Assembly (NCBI GenBank): GCA_030390025.1
Contig: CM059445.1
Coordinates: 43,400,001-43,464,000 of the forward strand
Direction: 5' to 3'
DNA: 64,000 bases
DNA from: Squalus acanthias
Taxonomy: Eukaryota
Numbering within the stretch: the stretch's first letter is position 1; each line of letters opens with the position of its first letter. Position numbers and translations under genes: made by a program. Positions 1 through 13,104 of the stretch are shown here, piece after piece. The notes below the pieces were generated by a model. That model was not told the origin of the DNA. It was given only the letters and a program-made list of their open reading frames with translations, and searched no databases.

Positions 1-278
1 GACATTTAACAGAGGTCCCGTCCTCTCAGGTGGACGTAGAAGATCCCATGGCACTATTCAAAGAAGAGCAGGGAGTTCTCCTGGTGTCCTGGCCAACATT
101 TATCCCTCAACCAATGCTATCAATAAAATGTTATCTGCTCATTTATTTCATTGCCGTTTGTGGGACCTTGAAAATTGGTTTGCACTTTACCGTACACTGC
201 AACTTCAAAATACTTCATTGGTCGTGAAGCGCTTTGGGATGTCCTGATGTCATGAAAGGTGCTATATAAATTCAAGTT
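1..278 (+). mobile_element. Deu-domain SINE (SacSINE1/AmnSINE1-like), 3' part, cut by the window start
   Basis: Deu-core-like 'gaggtcccgtc...gatcccatggcactattc...ggtgtcctggccaa' and tail 'aagcgctttgggatgtcctga...gaaaggtgctatataaat'. The same sequence recurs in reverse at 16175, 21100, 38965 and 59960. Confidence 0.75.
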
Positions 279-805
279 GTATCTCTCCCGATTTTCAATT
301 CAATTGATGTCAAAGAAATTAAAATCAGGAGAGATGTGTAACAGGCGGCTGATTCGATATCGCCGGCTTTACACTATTGCTTAAAGTCAAAATTACCCCC
401 ACAGTGTGCAGCCTCAGGTTTGATTCCACAAGGAACATTTGTAGCATGAGTTACCATGGCCCACTTACTCTCACATCCTATTACCTGGCCTTCAAAGTAT
501 TTTCAAAGGGGAAAACCAGATTGTTTAGTCTGCCATTTAGGGAACCTTAAAGGGGAAGGGCATGAAACAAAATAAATTGAAAATAAAATGAAATATTAAA
601 TAAATAGATGACATCCAGTATTCATTTAGCAGTAAGCACTAGGATTATTATAGTTCTAAAGCACAAAGCAGACATTACTCTCTAAATTACTGATTTTTTT
701 TTAAACCACAAAATAAAATTTTAACCACAAGAAGGCATTTCGAAATTGTAACAGATTAGAGCTCCAATGCACAAAGAATAAGGGAAAGCCTCTGTTGTAC
801 ATCTG

Positions 806-2412
806 CTAATGGGACCTAAGGCGGATAAATCCCCTGGACCTGATGGCTTACATCCTAGGGTCTTGAGATAAGTTGCGGTGGGGATTGCGGATGCATTGGT
901 GGTAATTTTCCAAAACTCCCTGGATTCAGGAAAGGTCCCAGCAGATTGGAAAACTGCTAATGTAACACCCTTATTTAAAAAGGGAGGTAGACAAAAGGCT
1001 GGAAACTATAGACCAGTTCGCCTAACATCTGTGGTTGGTAAAATGTTGGAGTCCATTATTAAGGAAGCAGTAACAGGACATTTGGATAAGCATAACTTAA
1101 TCGGACAGAGTCAGTATGGTTTTATGAAGGGGAAATCACGCTTGACAAATTTGCTCGAATTCTTTGAGGACATAACAAACAAGGTGGATAAAGGGGAATC
1201 AGTGGATGTGGTGTGTTTGGACTTCCAAAGGGCGTTTGACAAGGTACCACACAAAAGATTACTGCACAAGATAAAAAATCACGGGATTGGGGGTAATATA
1301 CTGGCATGGGTGGAAGATTGGCTATCTAACAGAAAACAGAGAGTTGGGATAAATGGTTCATTCTCGGGTTGGCAATCAGTAACTAGTGGCGTTCCGCAGG
1401 GGTCAGTGCTTGGACCCCAACTCTTTACAATCTATATTAACGATTTGGAGGAGGGGACCAAGTGCAACGTATCCAAGTTTGCAGACAATACAAAGATGGG
1501 AGGGAAAGCAGTGAGTAAGGAGGACATAAAAAACCTGCAAAAGGACATAGACAGACTAAGTGAGTGGGCAGAAATTTGGCAGATGGAATATAATGTTGGA
1601 AAGTGTGAGGTTATGCACTTTGGCAGAAAAAATCAAAGAGCAAGTTATTATCTAAATGGAAAGAAACTGCAAAGTGCTACAGTACAAAGGGATCTGGGGG
1701 TCCTGGTGCATGAAACACAGAAGGTTAGTATGCAGGTACAGCAGGTGATCAGGAAGGCCAATGGAATCTTGGCTTTTATTGCAAGGGGGATGGAGTATAA
1801 AAGCAGGGAAGTCTTGCTTCAGCTATACAGGGTACTGGTGAGGCCACACCTGGAGTACTGCGTACAGTTTTGGTTTCCATATTTAAGAAAAGATATACTT
1901 GCTCTAGAGGCAGTTCAGAGAAGGTTCACTCGGTTGATTCCGGAGATGAGGGGGTTGACTTATGAGGAAAGGTTGAGTAGGTTGGGCCTCTACTCATTGG
2001 AATACAGAAGAATGAGAGGCGATCTTATCGAAACATATAAGATTGTGAGAGGGCTTGATCGGGTGGATGCGGGGAGGATGTTTCCACTGATGGGTGAGAC
2101 TAGAACTAGGGGGCATAATCTTAGAATAAGGGGCTGCCGTTTCAAAACGGAAATGAGGAGAAACTTCTTCACACAGAGGGTAGTAAATCTATGGAATTTG
2201 CTACCTCAGAGAGCTGTGGAAGCTGCGACATTAAATAAATGTAAAACGGAGATAGACAGTTTCCTAGCTGATAAGGGAATTAAGGGTTATGGGGAGCGGG
2301 CAGGGAAGTGGACGTGAGTCTAGGTTCGGATCAGCCATGATCCTATTGAATGGCGGAGCAGGCCAGAAGCGTCGTATGGCCTACTCCTGCTCCTACTTCT
2401 TATGTTCTTATG
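806..2412 (+). mobile_element. CR1 LINE, 5'-truncated (RT and C-terminal part of ORF2 plus 3' UTR)
   Basis: Starts at KSPGPDG-like codons. The ORF has CR1 motifs NYRPV, DFQRAFDKV, SGVPQGSVLGP and RPHLEYCVQFW. The 3' end reads 'tggcctactcctgctcctacttcttatgttcttatg'. Confidence 0.95.
878..2317 (+). pseudogene. Open 479-aa fragment of CR1 ORF2 reverse transcriptase; catalytic motif reads FADN instead of FADD
   Basis: ORF track 878..2317. No endonuclease domain and no promoter/5' UTR. SKFADNTK contrasts with SKFADDTK in the 62194 copy. Confidence 0.85.
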
Positions 2413-3148
2413 CTAGTAGCCATTTCAGAGTGGCATTGCTGGGCATTTGGGTTGTGGTCACCTGCCAATTATGCTACGTGGTGTAACTGGAGTCTCTCGA
2501 AAAGGAAACAGGAGAAAATATCTTTATTTTAAAAGGAAGTCTCATTAAACTTCAATTCACTCGGAATAATAACATTTAAAAATGCTGTTGTGTGTTTTGC
2601 TCAAGGTGTACTTTGCAATCTACAGCATTAGAAAGCTATAGGAATTAATAGAGAGAGGTTGTAGGTCAGAAAGCATGACAGGATGATGGGTGTTAATGTA
2701 GGCTGGTAATAATCATAGGCGTACCTAGGCTTTGCTTACAATTAATAAAACTACTTTAGAAGTCAGAAGCTGTCCCTGACAAAAACACACCCTCGGTGCT
2801 ATTTACAGCTTTATAAATAGTAAAGAACATCAACACAAAGGTCATGAAGCAAGAACACAGAAATAAATCAAGGTGTTTGTGGCACTGATTTCTTGACGAT
2901 TATTAATGTCTGGGCAAGCAGCTCCCCAGGCAAAAAATGAGGTGACAGATGGGCCGTGATCTGAATGAAAAATCTTCTGTCAAGTTGAATTCATGAGTAA
3001 TTTTATTCTCTGTTGCTTTTCATTCTAACAATCGGAAAATCAACAACAAATATAAAAAGATTAGGAAAGCAAGTTTTACCAAGCATCATACCAATATTTA
3101 ATTAAAAAAAGATTACAATTCTACCAATTTATCATGGTACCTAATTAT

Positions 3149-3812
3149 GGGGCCGATTTCCTGTCACTAGCACCTGAGGAATGCTTATTCCTCAGGAATT
3201 AATGACAGAAATTGTGGACAAAGACCCATGACCCTGGGTCTCTGCCCCCTTTATGGGGGCTCAGGGTTTCCAGGGCTTCAAGAGGGCTGGGGGCAGAGTG
3301 CCTGCCCGTGCAATAGACCCATGGATTACTCGACCATGTAAATAAGGCAGGAGGGAGCATTGCCACCAGCGCCCCCCAACCACCCACACCTAATTTTCTT
3401 TTACTTTTGCCACCCAGGTACCCCTTTGGAGGGGTACCAGAAGAAGCAGGTCTTAGAACCCTAACCCCAAGCTCCTCTCCAATTGGAAGATCAGCGAGGG
3501 GCTGGCACCAGGTAAATCCCTTCTGCGCCTTTTCAGGACTCGGGCTAGAATCAGCTGGAGGCCATCTCATTGCTGTTTTTGGACAGCAGAAGGGCCCGAC
3601 TACAGCAGTTTTGCCAAAGCAACAGCTGACTTTCCTGCTCCACTTCCAGGTGCAGCCAAGAGCAGCTCTGAATCGGGAGTGCGACCATGCCATGGAAATG
3701 ACTCGGGTTACCAGATTCAGGTGCAGAGAGGGCTGGTGCAGCACACTTTGGGTGCATTGCCCCTGTACAGTACCCGAGCAATGGGGGAGGTGGGAGAAGG
3801 AACATCAACCCC
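3149..3812. mobile_element. Old MITE-like element (probably Harbinger-type)
   Basis: Imperfect TIRs ggggccgatttcct / aggaacatcaacccc, flanks TAT/TAG, subterminal hairpin cctgaggaat-gctt-attcctcagg, and a GC-rich block in AT-rich DNA. Confidence 0.45.
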
Positions 3813-5208
3813 TAGATTTCCTCACAATTATTTTGCCTGATATTCCATTAAAGTGTTTAAATTCAATTCAATTATATCCAATTAAAGCCTAAATTCATGG
3901 GAATTCATTTTAACCAAAATGGTTAATTAAACAGTAATTTCACTTTCAGTAACTGCTACATTTTACATTAAAATACTTTTGGTGAAATGTATAATTATTT
4001 GTGCAAACCACATCTTCCACCTAATTTAAGCTGGCGTCTGCAATTAGCACAACCACAAAGCACTCTATTAACGGTAATATATGTCGTCAAAAGCAGCTTT
4101 AATTGAGGAAGTTTCTTAATTGCAGTTAAATTGGCTCAGGAGATTGAAACTGTAGATCCATTGGTGTCAGGTTGGTAAATTATTCATGTAGTTCCCACTT
4201 TCACAGGCAGCTTCTGCTATAAAACAGCCAAAATAGTCACTGGCAAAGCAATCTGTGCTGCACCACAGTAAACCCTTTACTCGTGGCTTGCACCACACTC
4301 AGTACAGTTGCATGTTTAATTAATCTTTATTTGGACTGTAAAACCATTAATTTATGAATAGTGATGCTTTCTTTAACATTCCAGCCTAAGAAATAAAACA
4401 GGCTTCAGTTCATATTTGCTGTGTTATGAATTATTCGCTAACTGGGTTTTGGCCAGCAATCTGACAAAACAACATGGCAGAACACTTCCTCATTATTGGA
4501 ACTGAAAACAATTAGCTGCCAAATTTGGAACTCCCATTGCTCAGAATACTCTAAGGTTAGTCTACCACAAAATTACAGTCAGACGACAAATGCAAAAGAT
4601 GCTTTGGCTTACAATCAGTCTGATCAGTCAATTACTCCAGAAATCAAGTACCAGCCTAACCTATTAGCACACACTACACAAAGCAGTATACTGTTCTTAT
4701 CAAGCCTAGAATGCGAATAGTTTTCTGGTCAGAGAATGTAATTTCACTGTGTAAATCCACTTGAAAATAACAGATTAAATAGTTGTTATGGAAACTGTCA
4801 CTTAAATGCCATCACCTGAACAACTGGAAGTTAGCGGCACATTCAGTACTCCTTCTGGTGCGCAGGTTTGTTGTGAGCTTTCATTTTGAAAGAGTTTTCC
4901 AATATTGGGGTAGAAATCGGTACAGATTGCTCCTGCTTTTGGGCGTAAAACAGGGGGGCAAAGCATACCAATTTAGCAGTGGGACTGCTAGGCAGGCTTT
5001 GGTCCCACTGCTAATTTTGAGGGGCCCTTTTTAAGGCATCCCAGGCGATAGGCCCCTTAATTATGTAAATCAGAAGCCTAACACCTGTTGAAGGACCCCT
5101 AATTCACCAACAAAAGGCAAGTCAATATTGTTTTTTTTTTTAAATGTTCCAGTGGAGCCAGTTTTTCTGCACAAAAATGTGAATATTGAGAATTCAAAAT
5201 GATTATAC

Positions 5209-5284
5209 CTGTAGGCAGAGTGGAAATCACGGTGATGTTGGGGGAAGAGATTGTGATGTAGGTTTTCAGCATACTCAACTCAGT
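5209..5284 (-). other. Candidate host exon (possibly first coding exon MLKTYITISSPNITVISTLPT, phase 1)
   Basis: Minus-strand acceptor tttacttatag|ACTGAG (alternative acceptor at 5446) and donor CTACAG|gtataa in non-repeat sequence. The peptide is not recognised. Confidence 0.25.
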
Positions 5285-6303
5285 CTATAAGTAAATTCGG
5301 AAGAGCGAGGGGTCCTCTTATTTCCCCGAGGTTTACTAGTTCATCTGGTAAAAGGGGTTGCTGTGAAGTGTAATCAGGGAAATGTACTAAAACGGTTCGG
5401 TCATTATACTTGAGGTCTCGATCCAAACTGACTTCCAGTAGATCAGCTAAAGCTATTATTTTAAAAGCAGTTTTGTCTTTTACCTGCTGTTGTTAGAGCA
5501 CCATGCACAATCCGAAGCAAAGATGTTGGGCATGTAAGCTGCTTCCTATGCCACTATGGACAGTGAGTAGAAAATGTACAAAGGGCTGGGTGACTTTTCA
5601 ACTTTCTTTCACTCCCATTGAGAAACTCTCTGGTGGCTATTCAGCACCTCCCTATGACAGTGCAGCTGAGATTGGCAATTCACCATATGGAGAATCAAAT
5701 TTGGATCCTGCCATGACACAGGGATTTAGAACTTCAGTGGATTATATCACCATACTAAACCTCAACTAAAATAAATCACACAGTATCTCCGACGGAATCA
5801 CTTTCCACATTTCAACCTAACAGAATTCTATGGTTCAAGTTCACTGTGTGGAAATTAGCCATAAATTATCAAACATACAGCCAGAATCCAAGGCTGAAGA
5901 TTGGAGATCAGCAGTGCGGACAGAATGTAAATAAAGGACAGGAGAGTGGAGACAGAAACACAGGCAACAGAACAGAAACCAAGGCCCAGGCAAAGCTGAA
6001 AGCTGCATAATATTGCTTTTCTATGAACCAAGGTGATAATGACCAGAAGTATTTTTTAAGGTTAAAAAGCAGTTGCTTAATAATAAATGGAATAATAACT
6101 ATGAAACATGGAGTTAGATTTCTACTGTATTATGTAGTATATACTTATTAAATGGACACTCCCTCTTCACCCATATAAGGTTAATAATTAAATGAGAACT
6201 TACATTAATAAAGGACAGAACTCAAACTCGCTGAAGTTTACTTTTGAAATTTGCCAACTCTATCTTTGATACTGTTTGTCGAATCACTGGACATGTAATG
6301 ATG

Positions 6304-6440
6304 TTAGTGTCAGCTTGGCTCAGTTGGTAGCACTCTCTCCTGAGAGTCAGAATGTTGTAGGTGCGCGCCATCCGTCTGTTCAGGTGGAACATAATAGGCC
6401 TCATTATACTACTAGAAAAAGAATAGAGTTCTCATCAATT
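6304..6440 (+). mobile_element. tRNA-derived SINE head, internally deleted
   Basis: 'tggctcagttggtagcactct...gagtcagaa' A-box/tRNA-like head followed by degenerate Deu-like sequence. Confidence 0.55.
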
Positions 6441-6474
6441 CCATTATTTTACACAGAATTGAAAACAATAAGTC

Positions 6475-6870
6475 TGTAGTTGCCTGTGTCTGTTTTGTCA
6501 TCCTTTTTGAATATGTGCACCATATTAGCTTGTTTCCAATCTACTGGTACCTCCCACTGTCCACTGACACCCTCATAGTAATTGTCAGTGCCTCATAAAT
6601 CTCCTTCCTAGTCTCAACACTAGGATAAATACCATCTAACTCTGGGGAATTATTTGCTTTCAGTCCTTTCACTTATCTAGGACTTCCATCATATTTACAT
6701 TGAAGTCCTGGATTATGCCTCACTACTCTGTTTTTGGGGAGGGCATGTTGTTAATGTACTCCCTAGTGAATACTTGAAGGAAGTAATTATTCAGAATATT
6801 TGCTATCTTGAGCTCGTCTTCAGTTTCAAGCCTGTTTGCATATTTTAATGGCCTCACCTCTTGTCTGACA
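6475..6870 (-). mobile_element. Degenerate CR1 ORF2 fragment
   Basis: Minus-strand translation IANILNNYFLQVFTRE and SP.LDGIYP, the CR1 region upstream of RT. Confidence 0.7.
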
Positions 6871-7108
6871 GTTCTCTTGCCATTGCAGTCCTTGCGATTG
6901 GATGATTCCACCCAGGTTGGTCCTCCCAAATATGTCTCCCAGGTCAGTTTATTTTTAATGAACTGAATCCTTATCTGTACTCAACAAGACAGGAAGTTCA
7001 AAATACCAGGGATTTTTCAAACTCCTGCTGCTCTATTTCTTTTTTTTTTGATCAGACATAGTTCCTTAAAAAACGTGTCTGAAAACTGAACATAAGCCTG
7101 ACTTGTTG

Positions 7109-7445
7109 GCTGAAAATTAAATAAATAAATGATTGTGTTGCAAGTATCAATTGATTTGTCAACTCTCACAAGTTCAGTTTATGTGCTGGCTACACGGTCC
7201 CACACAGACCTTTTAATTCAGTGAGTATTAAATGAATTGAAGTCTCAACCACGTGAAGCCAAAATGTAAATAAATAATTAATCGAGTCCAACCACAAGCT
7301 CCGAAGGCTGAAAATTAAATAAACAAACAGTTGTGCTGCAGGAATCAACTGAATCATCGACTCTTGCATGTTTAATTTATGTGCTGGCTATACGGTTCTC
7401 CTAACATTTTGTGTGAAGTTACATGTAAATAAATTAATTCAGTGC
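7109..7445. repeat. Diverged tandem duplication, period about 198 bp
   Basis: 'gctgaaaattaaataaa...tttatgtgctggcta.acggt' at about 7109-7200 and again at about 7307-7399. Confidence 0.7.
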
Positions 7446-8878
7446 GGGCGCCTGCCCAGCTAGCCAAAATATATATAATGCCAAGAGGTGGACAGTTAAT
7501 AATGACATTCTGGAAGTTTAATTCATTCCTAATACACGTTCTCTTAATTCAAGCACTGTTGTGTGCGGTTTTTTCTTCCCTGCTCTGCTTTCAAGCTATG
7601 TTTTCAACTTTTTTTCTTTCTCTGTCTCTGCTTTTTTTCCAAGTCCCATTGTAAGCTTATTTTCTTTTCCACTCTATTTCTTCAAACCCCGTTGCACATT
7701 GTTTTTTTCCCTCTGGTTTTTAAAGGCCTGTTCACCACACTTCATTTTTAAGGCCTTTCCCCCATTTTTTAAACGGCAATTTCCTACAGAATATCTTTTT
7801 TTTTAAAAAAGGCCTATTCCCCACTGTCTTTTTTGAATATCTTTTCCCTAATATCCTTTTCATTCTTTAACTCCCATTCGCCAGTCTTTTTTCTCCAGAC
7901 ACCAGAACAAGTTCTTAGCATCCCGCTCCACACATCCAACTCCTTACTACTCGATTTTCCTCAAATACGCACTACTCCATTACATCCTCTACCCTTCAAC
8001 TACTCATTACCCCTTTCTCTTCACTATTATACCCTAAGTGCCAACTAACTTCCAAAAATCCGCAATACTCGCCTTCCAATTATTTACTACCCTGCAACTC
8101 CTCACTCCAACCTCCTTAATTACTTCCACACGCTCCCAAATCCTTACAAACCAAACAACCTGCTCCCATAACCAATGTCACAACAGCTCCAATTCCTTAT
8201 AAAGGTGCTTATCTTCTCACTCCCCGTGAGCAATTAGTTAATCACGACAAGCTAACGCACAGGTGCAAAAAGTCTGTAGAAAAGTCTTACAACTTCAGCT
8301 GCACTATTTTTATATGTTGAACCCTATTTTTATTATGGTATTCTTATAAGCTAATATCAACCAGACAAGATTCAGAAGCACTGAGCATTCAGAAGGCAGG
8401 TTGGCACCCATCCATCCAAATATTGATGGACAGTCCATTTTTGAGCAGGCGGTCTGTTTTTCTTTTATTTATACTGCTAGCTGCACTGCACATGTCTGAT
8501 TTTCTGAGTTTTTGTTCTCTGTTTATTTATTGGTGGTTTTTTTGTGGAGATTAAAATACAATATCAAACCGGCACTGATTCAAATGATTCCAGTTGCTGC
8601 AAAACCACTAGGTTCTCAGTGCCAGCAACAAGAAAAGGAGCAGTCTGTCCAGTCTATAGAAATACGGAATAAGAAATGAAAACAGATACCTCACATTATT
8701 ACAGGGAAACAGGCACTTGGTTCCAAATATAGCTTGAAACGAATACTAATAGAAATCAAAATTGTGCTGAAGAATTCACACAAAATATAATGAAAAGCCA
8801 CTAAACAACGAGGAGTCGAGGCACGTTCTCTAAATCTGAAGCATCCAAACAAAGAGCTGGAAATGTGGAAGGATATGT

Positions 8879-10540
8879 GGGCTAGAAATTCGCTATAGCC
8901 AAGGAATGGGCAATGTTTAGACTAAAAATGGTAAATTAGCGCCAGGTGAAAATGGTCTAGACTGCACGCAAAATTCGTCCCCACTCCTCATGAAAAAGAT
9001 TGGAGCCATAAATCTAGTCTAAAAACCCAAGCTCATTGCTGTTACACTGAAAAGATGGACCAATATCAGGTATAGTCTAAACGCAAGTAATGATTGCCAC
9101 AGGTTTTTTTCACTGCTTAAAGGAGAGGTCCATTGATGCTGCAGCACCTCATTCTCAGAATTGTTGGGTATGCAGCTGCCTCAACAACCATAAGAAGGAG
9201 GACAAAGAGAAGGAGCACTTATTTACAAATGCTGATGGCAGATCGCCGCCCCAGGGAGAGCGCCCAGGGGTTTTCCGAGGAAGCTTTGGAGGCATTGGTT
9301 TTAGCGGTGGAGAGAAGGCGGGCGGTCCTGTACCAACTGGCAGGAGGCCCTCGCCACAAGTCTGCCGGACTATGTGGAGGAAGGTGGCACACCACGTCAC
9401 GGGCAGCACTGTGCTCCCCAGGTCCCACACCCAGTGCAGGAGGAAGTTTAACGAGCTCACACGGGTAGTCAGGGTGAGTGAAGGCTTCAACAAATGCTAC
9501 ATATCACCATCTGTACCACAAGCTTCACACACTGCTCAATGTACCACACCCCCAGCACTCACCCACCAACAATCTCTACCTAGCAACACTCACACCCACA
9601 TCTCACACCTTGCACACAATGACAGCTATTCAACTATGGCAGGCACAAGGGTCATTAGTTATTAGAATTCATGTGATATTATTATAGATAAATTTATTAA
9701 TGGTGTTTGGAATATTTTGTGGTCTCCCTCATTTCACCTTTGTGCCCAGGAGGACGCTGTGATACGCCATGAGACAGGGATTGTATGATGGGGATGTAGT
9801 GAGCTACAGGGATCTGGGGTTTCATTCATGTGAATCAGAGTCTGATGAGCCGGTCATGGACAGCCCATCCAGAAGGCCAATTGTCTCACTGCCGCCTCCC
9901 TCCCTCCTGTTCCTCGTCTTCTTCCTCCTCCCTCTGCGCGCATGTTCCCGGCTTCCTCATTGCCTCCGCTCCCTCCACCGTAGATCCTGGAGGGCGAGGT
10001 GGACTGCCAGTACAGCCCCCATGACTTTTAGCAAGTGTTGTAGGTTGAATCTTTCAAGAATAAATTTTGCACTTTTCTACTTGCCACAACACTCCTGATA
10101 CCAAAGAACCTTCAAATCACTAAATAAAACTGTTGCAGTATCAGGAACTAACACACAGGCACTGAAGCTTCACTAACCTGTCAGGTGTAAGTAATTGGGG
10201 CTGATCCCTTTAAATAACGTCCCTGGAGCCGGCTTCCTGGTGCTGCACGCCAGCTCTCCCGGTCAGTGTTTACTGCAGGCGGTGAGGTAAGTGGCGAGAA
10301 GCAATTTGGCAGATCGGGCGTTCAGTGAGCATTGCACACTCACTGACGTCACGATCTCTCTGGCATTGAAGTCCCCGGCGATCGCTGTTACCAGCAGCGC
10401 TACGGGAGGGGGGGGGGGGGGTCCCAATTTGGCATACGCTACTGGATTCGACAGGAGCGGTCGTTACAGCTCTCAACACCGCATTAACGGACTGACGCTA
10501 ACGGGTGGCGCTAAGGAGACAAACTTTTTCCGCTAGAGCC
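8879..10540 (+). mobile_element. Harbinger-derived element with Myb/SANT (MSANTD-type) remnant
   Basis: Left end gggctagaaatt. Translation FSEEALEALVLAVERRRAVLY, then (frameshift) MWRKVAHHVTGSTVLPRSHTQCRRKFNELTR, followed by donor GG|gtgagt at about 9473. A possible convergent nuclease N-terminus (MGAVLAVH...) starts on the minus strand near 10023. The right end is poorly defined. Confidence 0.75.
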
Positions 10541-10544
10541 TTCA

Positions 10545-11420
10545 CTAAATATATGAAAACACATGAAACGCAAGAAGTTGCTGTACTTACCCACTAGATA
10601 CCCATTAAATTTGCCAGAAAAAGTTAAGGCTTGTCCATTCAAGTGTAAGTGAATTTTTAATGTTGTGATAAGTCTTAATTACTGCCAAACAATCTCTCTG
10701 GCACTGAAAACTAACTTTTACATGTGTCGAGTATCATTCCTTCAGATTTTAATTATTATTGGAGAGTTTAAAAAATAAAAAATTTAAATACTTTTTTTAC
10801 TTTTTCTTTCGGTCTCTTTTATCCCTCTCTCTTAATCCCATCTTTCTTTCCCTCTCCTTATGTTGCTTACTGTACCTGATTTGACATTGAATTAAATATT
10901 CTAACTGACACTTCCTGGTTTAGACTCTGCATGTGTCATTAACCATTCTTCAATCTTTTTTAAAAATTAGTTTATGGGATGTGGGTGTCGCTAGCAAGGC
11001 CAGCATTTATTGCCCATCCCTAATTGCCCTTGAGAAGGTGGTGGTGAGCCGCCTTCTTGAACCGCTGCAGTCTGTGTGGTGAAGGTACTCCCACAGTGCT
11101 ACAGTATTAGGTAGGGAGTTCCAGGATTTTGACCCAGCGACGATGAAGGATCGGCGATATACTTCCAAGTCAAGATGGTGTGTGACTTGGAGGGGAACTT
11201 GGAGGTGGTGGTGTTCCCATGCGCCTGATTGGTTAAGAAGGTACACAGCTGCTTGCTCTGTTCACACAGGTCCCAGATCTCCTGTAGAGGGCACTGCACT
11301 GAAATGGCTTTCGAATCACCGCAACTTCCAGTACAAAAACCCGTAGAAAGTCTGTGGGCAAGTGCAAGTGTAATGAAAGGCTGGCACCGTTCATTCACCG
11401 CTGACTGCAAAATCTGGGCC
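10545..11420 (+). mobile_element. MITE family D copy (5'-truncated), interrupted by a LINE fragment
   Basis: Homologous to 35469-36071 and 24827-26200; right TIR caaaatctgggcc ends at 11420. Confidence 0.75.
10965..11225 (-). mobile_element. LINE (L2/CR1-group) 3' end fragment nested in a MITE
   Basis: Minus-strand RSFIVAGSKSWNSLPN, a typical LINE ORF2 C-terminus, followed by a 3' UTR ending in an A-rich tract. Confidence 0.65.
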
Positions 11421-11611
11421 AATGTTATTACTGTTTGATTGAAGTTATAAACATTTTAGCATGGGCAAGTACATAAATTAATGACATAGGACTCCGGATT
11501 AAGATTTTAGGCTCTTTAAGAGCAATGAAGTTACAAGTTGTTTATGATAAATTCACTTACATTAGAGATATAATTGCATATGCTATTTAGACTATGTATG
11601 AGTTTATTATA

Positions 11612-12565
11612 TGAACAATGATGGACAGGTAAAGACCCTCTGGTCAATCCAGCCTGTCCCACACAATTATGATACCTTGTGCATCACATTATATACACTC
11701 TCCACGCGAAACCAGGTGATCTCCTGGGATAGGCGAAAAACCACGTAAAAATCCAGGCCAATTTGGGGGAAATAAAACCTGGGAAATTCCTCTCCGACCC
11801 ATCTAGGCGATCAAAACTAGTCCAGGAGATCACTCTGGCCCTGAATTCCCTGCAGTACCTACGTTTGTAAGAGGTGATCTCTGCCCCAACCAGAAACAGG
11901 TCTAACTCTCACTTGAAGGACTTCAGCGAATCAGCATCCACCGCACGAGACGGCAGCCTGTTCCAGAGGTCCACTATTCCCTGGGAAAAGAACCACCTCC
12001 TGACATCTAACCTAGATCTGGCCTTATACAACTTAAAATTGTGACTCCTGGTCCTCCCTAACCTATCTTAATTGAAACAAACTGTCAACTGGAACACAAT
12101 CTATTCCCTTATCTTATAAACCTCAATCAGATCACCTCTAAGTCTACGCTTCTCTAAAGTATAGAGTCCCAACTCTTTTAGCCTATCTTGATAACTAAGA
12201 TGCTTTAGACTGAGAATTAGTCTAGTGGCTCCTTCTCTGCACCCTTTCCAAAGCCTCAATATCACCCACCATGTGAGGAGACCAAAACTGGACATAGTAT
12301 TCCAACTGAGGCCTGACCAAGGTCTTGTACAAGGACAAAATAGTATGGCTCGTCTTATAATCAATTGTCCTATGAATGCACCCCAACACTATTTGCTAGC
12401 TATTGCTTCACAGCATTGCTCATGTACCTTTAGAGATCTATGCACTAGAACGCCCGAATCTCTTTCTCCACCTTCTTTAATGCTTTTCCCTGAAGGGTGT
12501 ATGAATGTTGAGCATTCGCCCTGCCTACATGCATAACACTGCACTTATCCAAATTAAACATCATT
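11612..12565 (-). mobile_element. CR1 3' fragment (distinct subfamily)
   Basis: ORF 12101..12364 [30 protein letters not shown]; 3' UTR lies toward 11612. Confidence 0.85.
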
Positions 12566-12800
12566 TAAAATGAGAATCTCGTGGTTTTTTTTATTTCCAA
12601 ATCTGGCAGAAGAAATTTCTAGGATGTCATGTGGGGCAATAATGAGGGATGCAGAGGGAATAGTGGCAATCGTTGCCTTTCCCTATGGATTACAAATATC
12701 TAAAAGGAGACTGCATTCAGACCAGCATCTGGAGTCCACCATTTCCGGTCCTGAGGAAACGATTTAACGGAGCAGGAGAGCAACTGGCTGAAAGGCTTAC

Positions 12801-12910
12801 CTGGGTGCCAGGGGAGTGCGCGGTTACTCAACGGATTAGGGTGACTGTCTGTTTGCTGAGTCCACCTCCTCTTACTGCTCTCCCGACTCCAGGGTGATGC
12901 TGTGCAGCTG
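12801..12910 (-). other. Candidate alternative first (non-coding) exon of the host gene
   Basis: Strong minus-strand donor CCCAG|gtaagc at 12801/12800 in non-repeat sequence with several CpGs. No clear acceptor, so the upper boundary is a guess. Confidence 0.35.
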
Positions 12911-13104
12911 TATGACTGAAAAATATTATTGCTCTTGCAATTACTGTACAAGGTTTGATACTGCACTAACCTGCTTACAGCCATAAACTTAGAAGCTTTA
13001 TTTATGGAAGTTAATGTAAATGAAAAGGTCAACAATCTAATCCAACAGGAATTATAAATAGATCAAACTAAGCCAACAAAGAATTTTTTAAAAACTAACA
13101 AGAA

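Noticed and set aside
878-2317. 479-aa RT ORF as a domesticated gene or a retron/DGR-like system
   Set aside because: It is an ordinary 5'-truncated CR1 with its own 3' UTR, a non-ATG ORF start, an FADN motif and no partner genes.
3199-3892. Overlapping 181-aa and 161-aa ORFs
   Set aside because: They lie in a GC-rich MITE-like block and have no recognisable domain.
6304-6360. tRNA gene (also 45225-45270)
   Set aside because: These are SINE heads with only partial A- or B-box similarity and no complete cloverleaf.
7442-8048. Hydrophobic Phe/Leu-rich ORFs as membrane peptides
   Set aside because: Artefact of T-rich low-complexity sequence.
9090-9665. 191-aa ORF with CWVC as an env or a host MSANTD gene
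   Set aside because: The Myb similarity is split over two frames inside a Harbinger remnant, and the CWVC has no env context.
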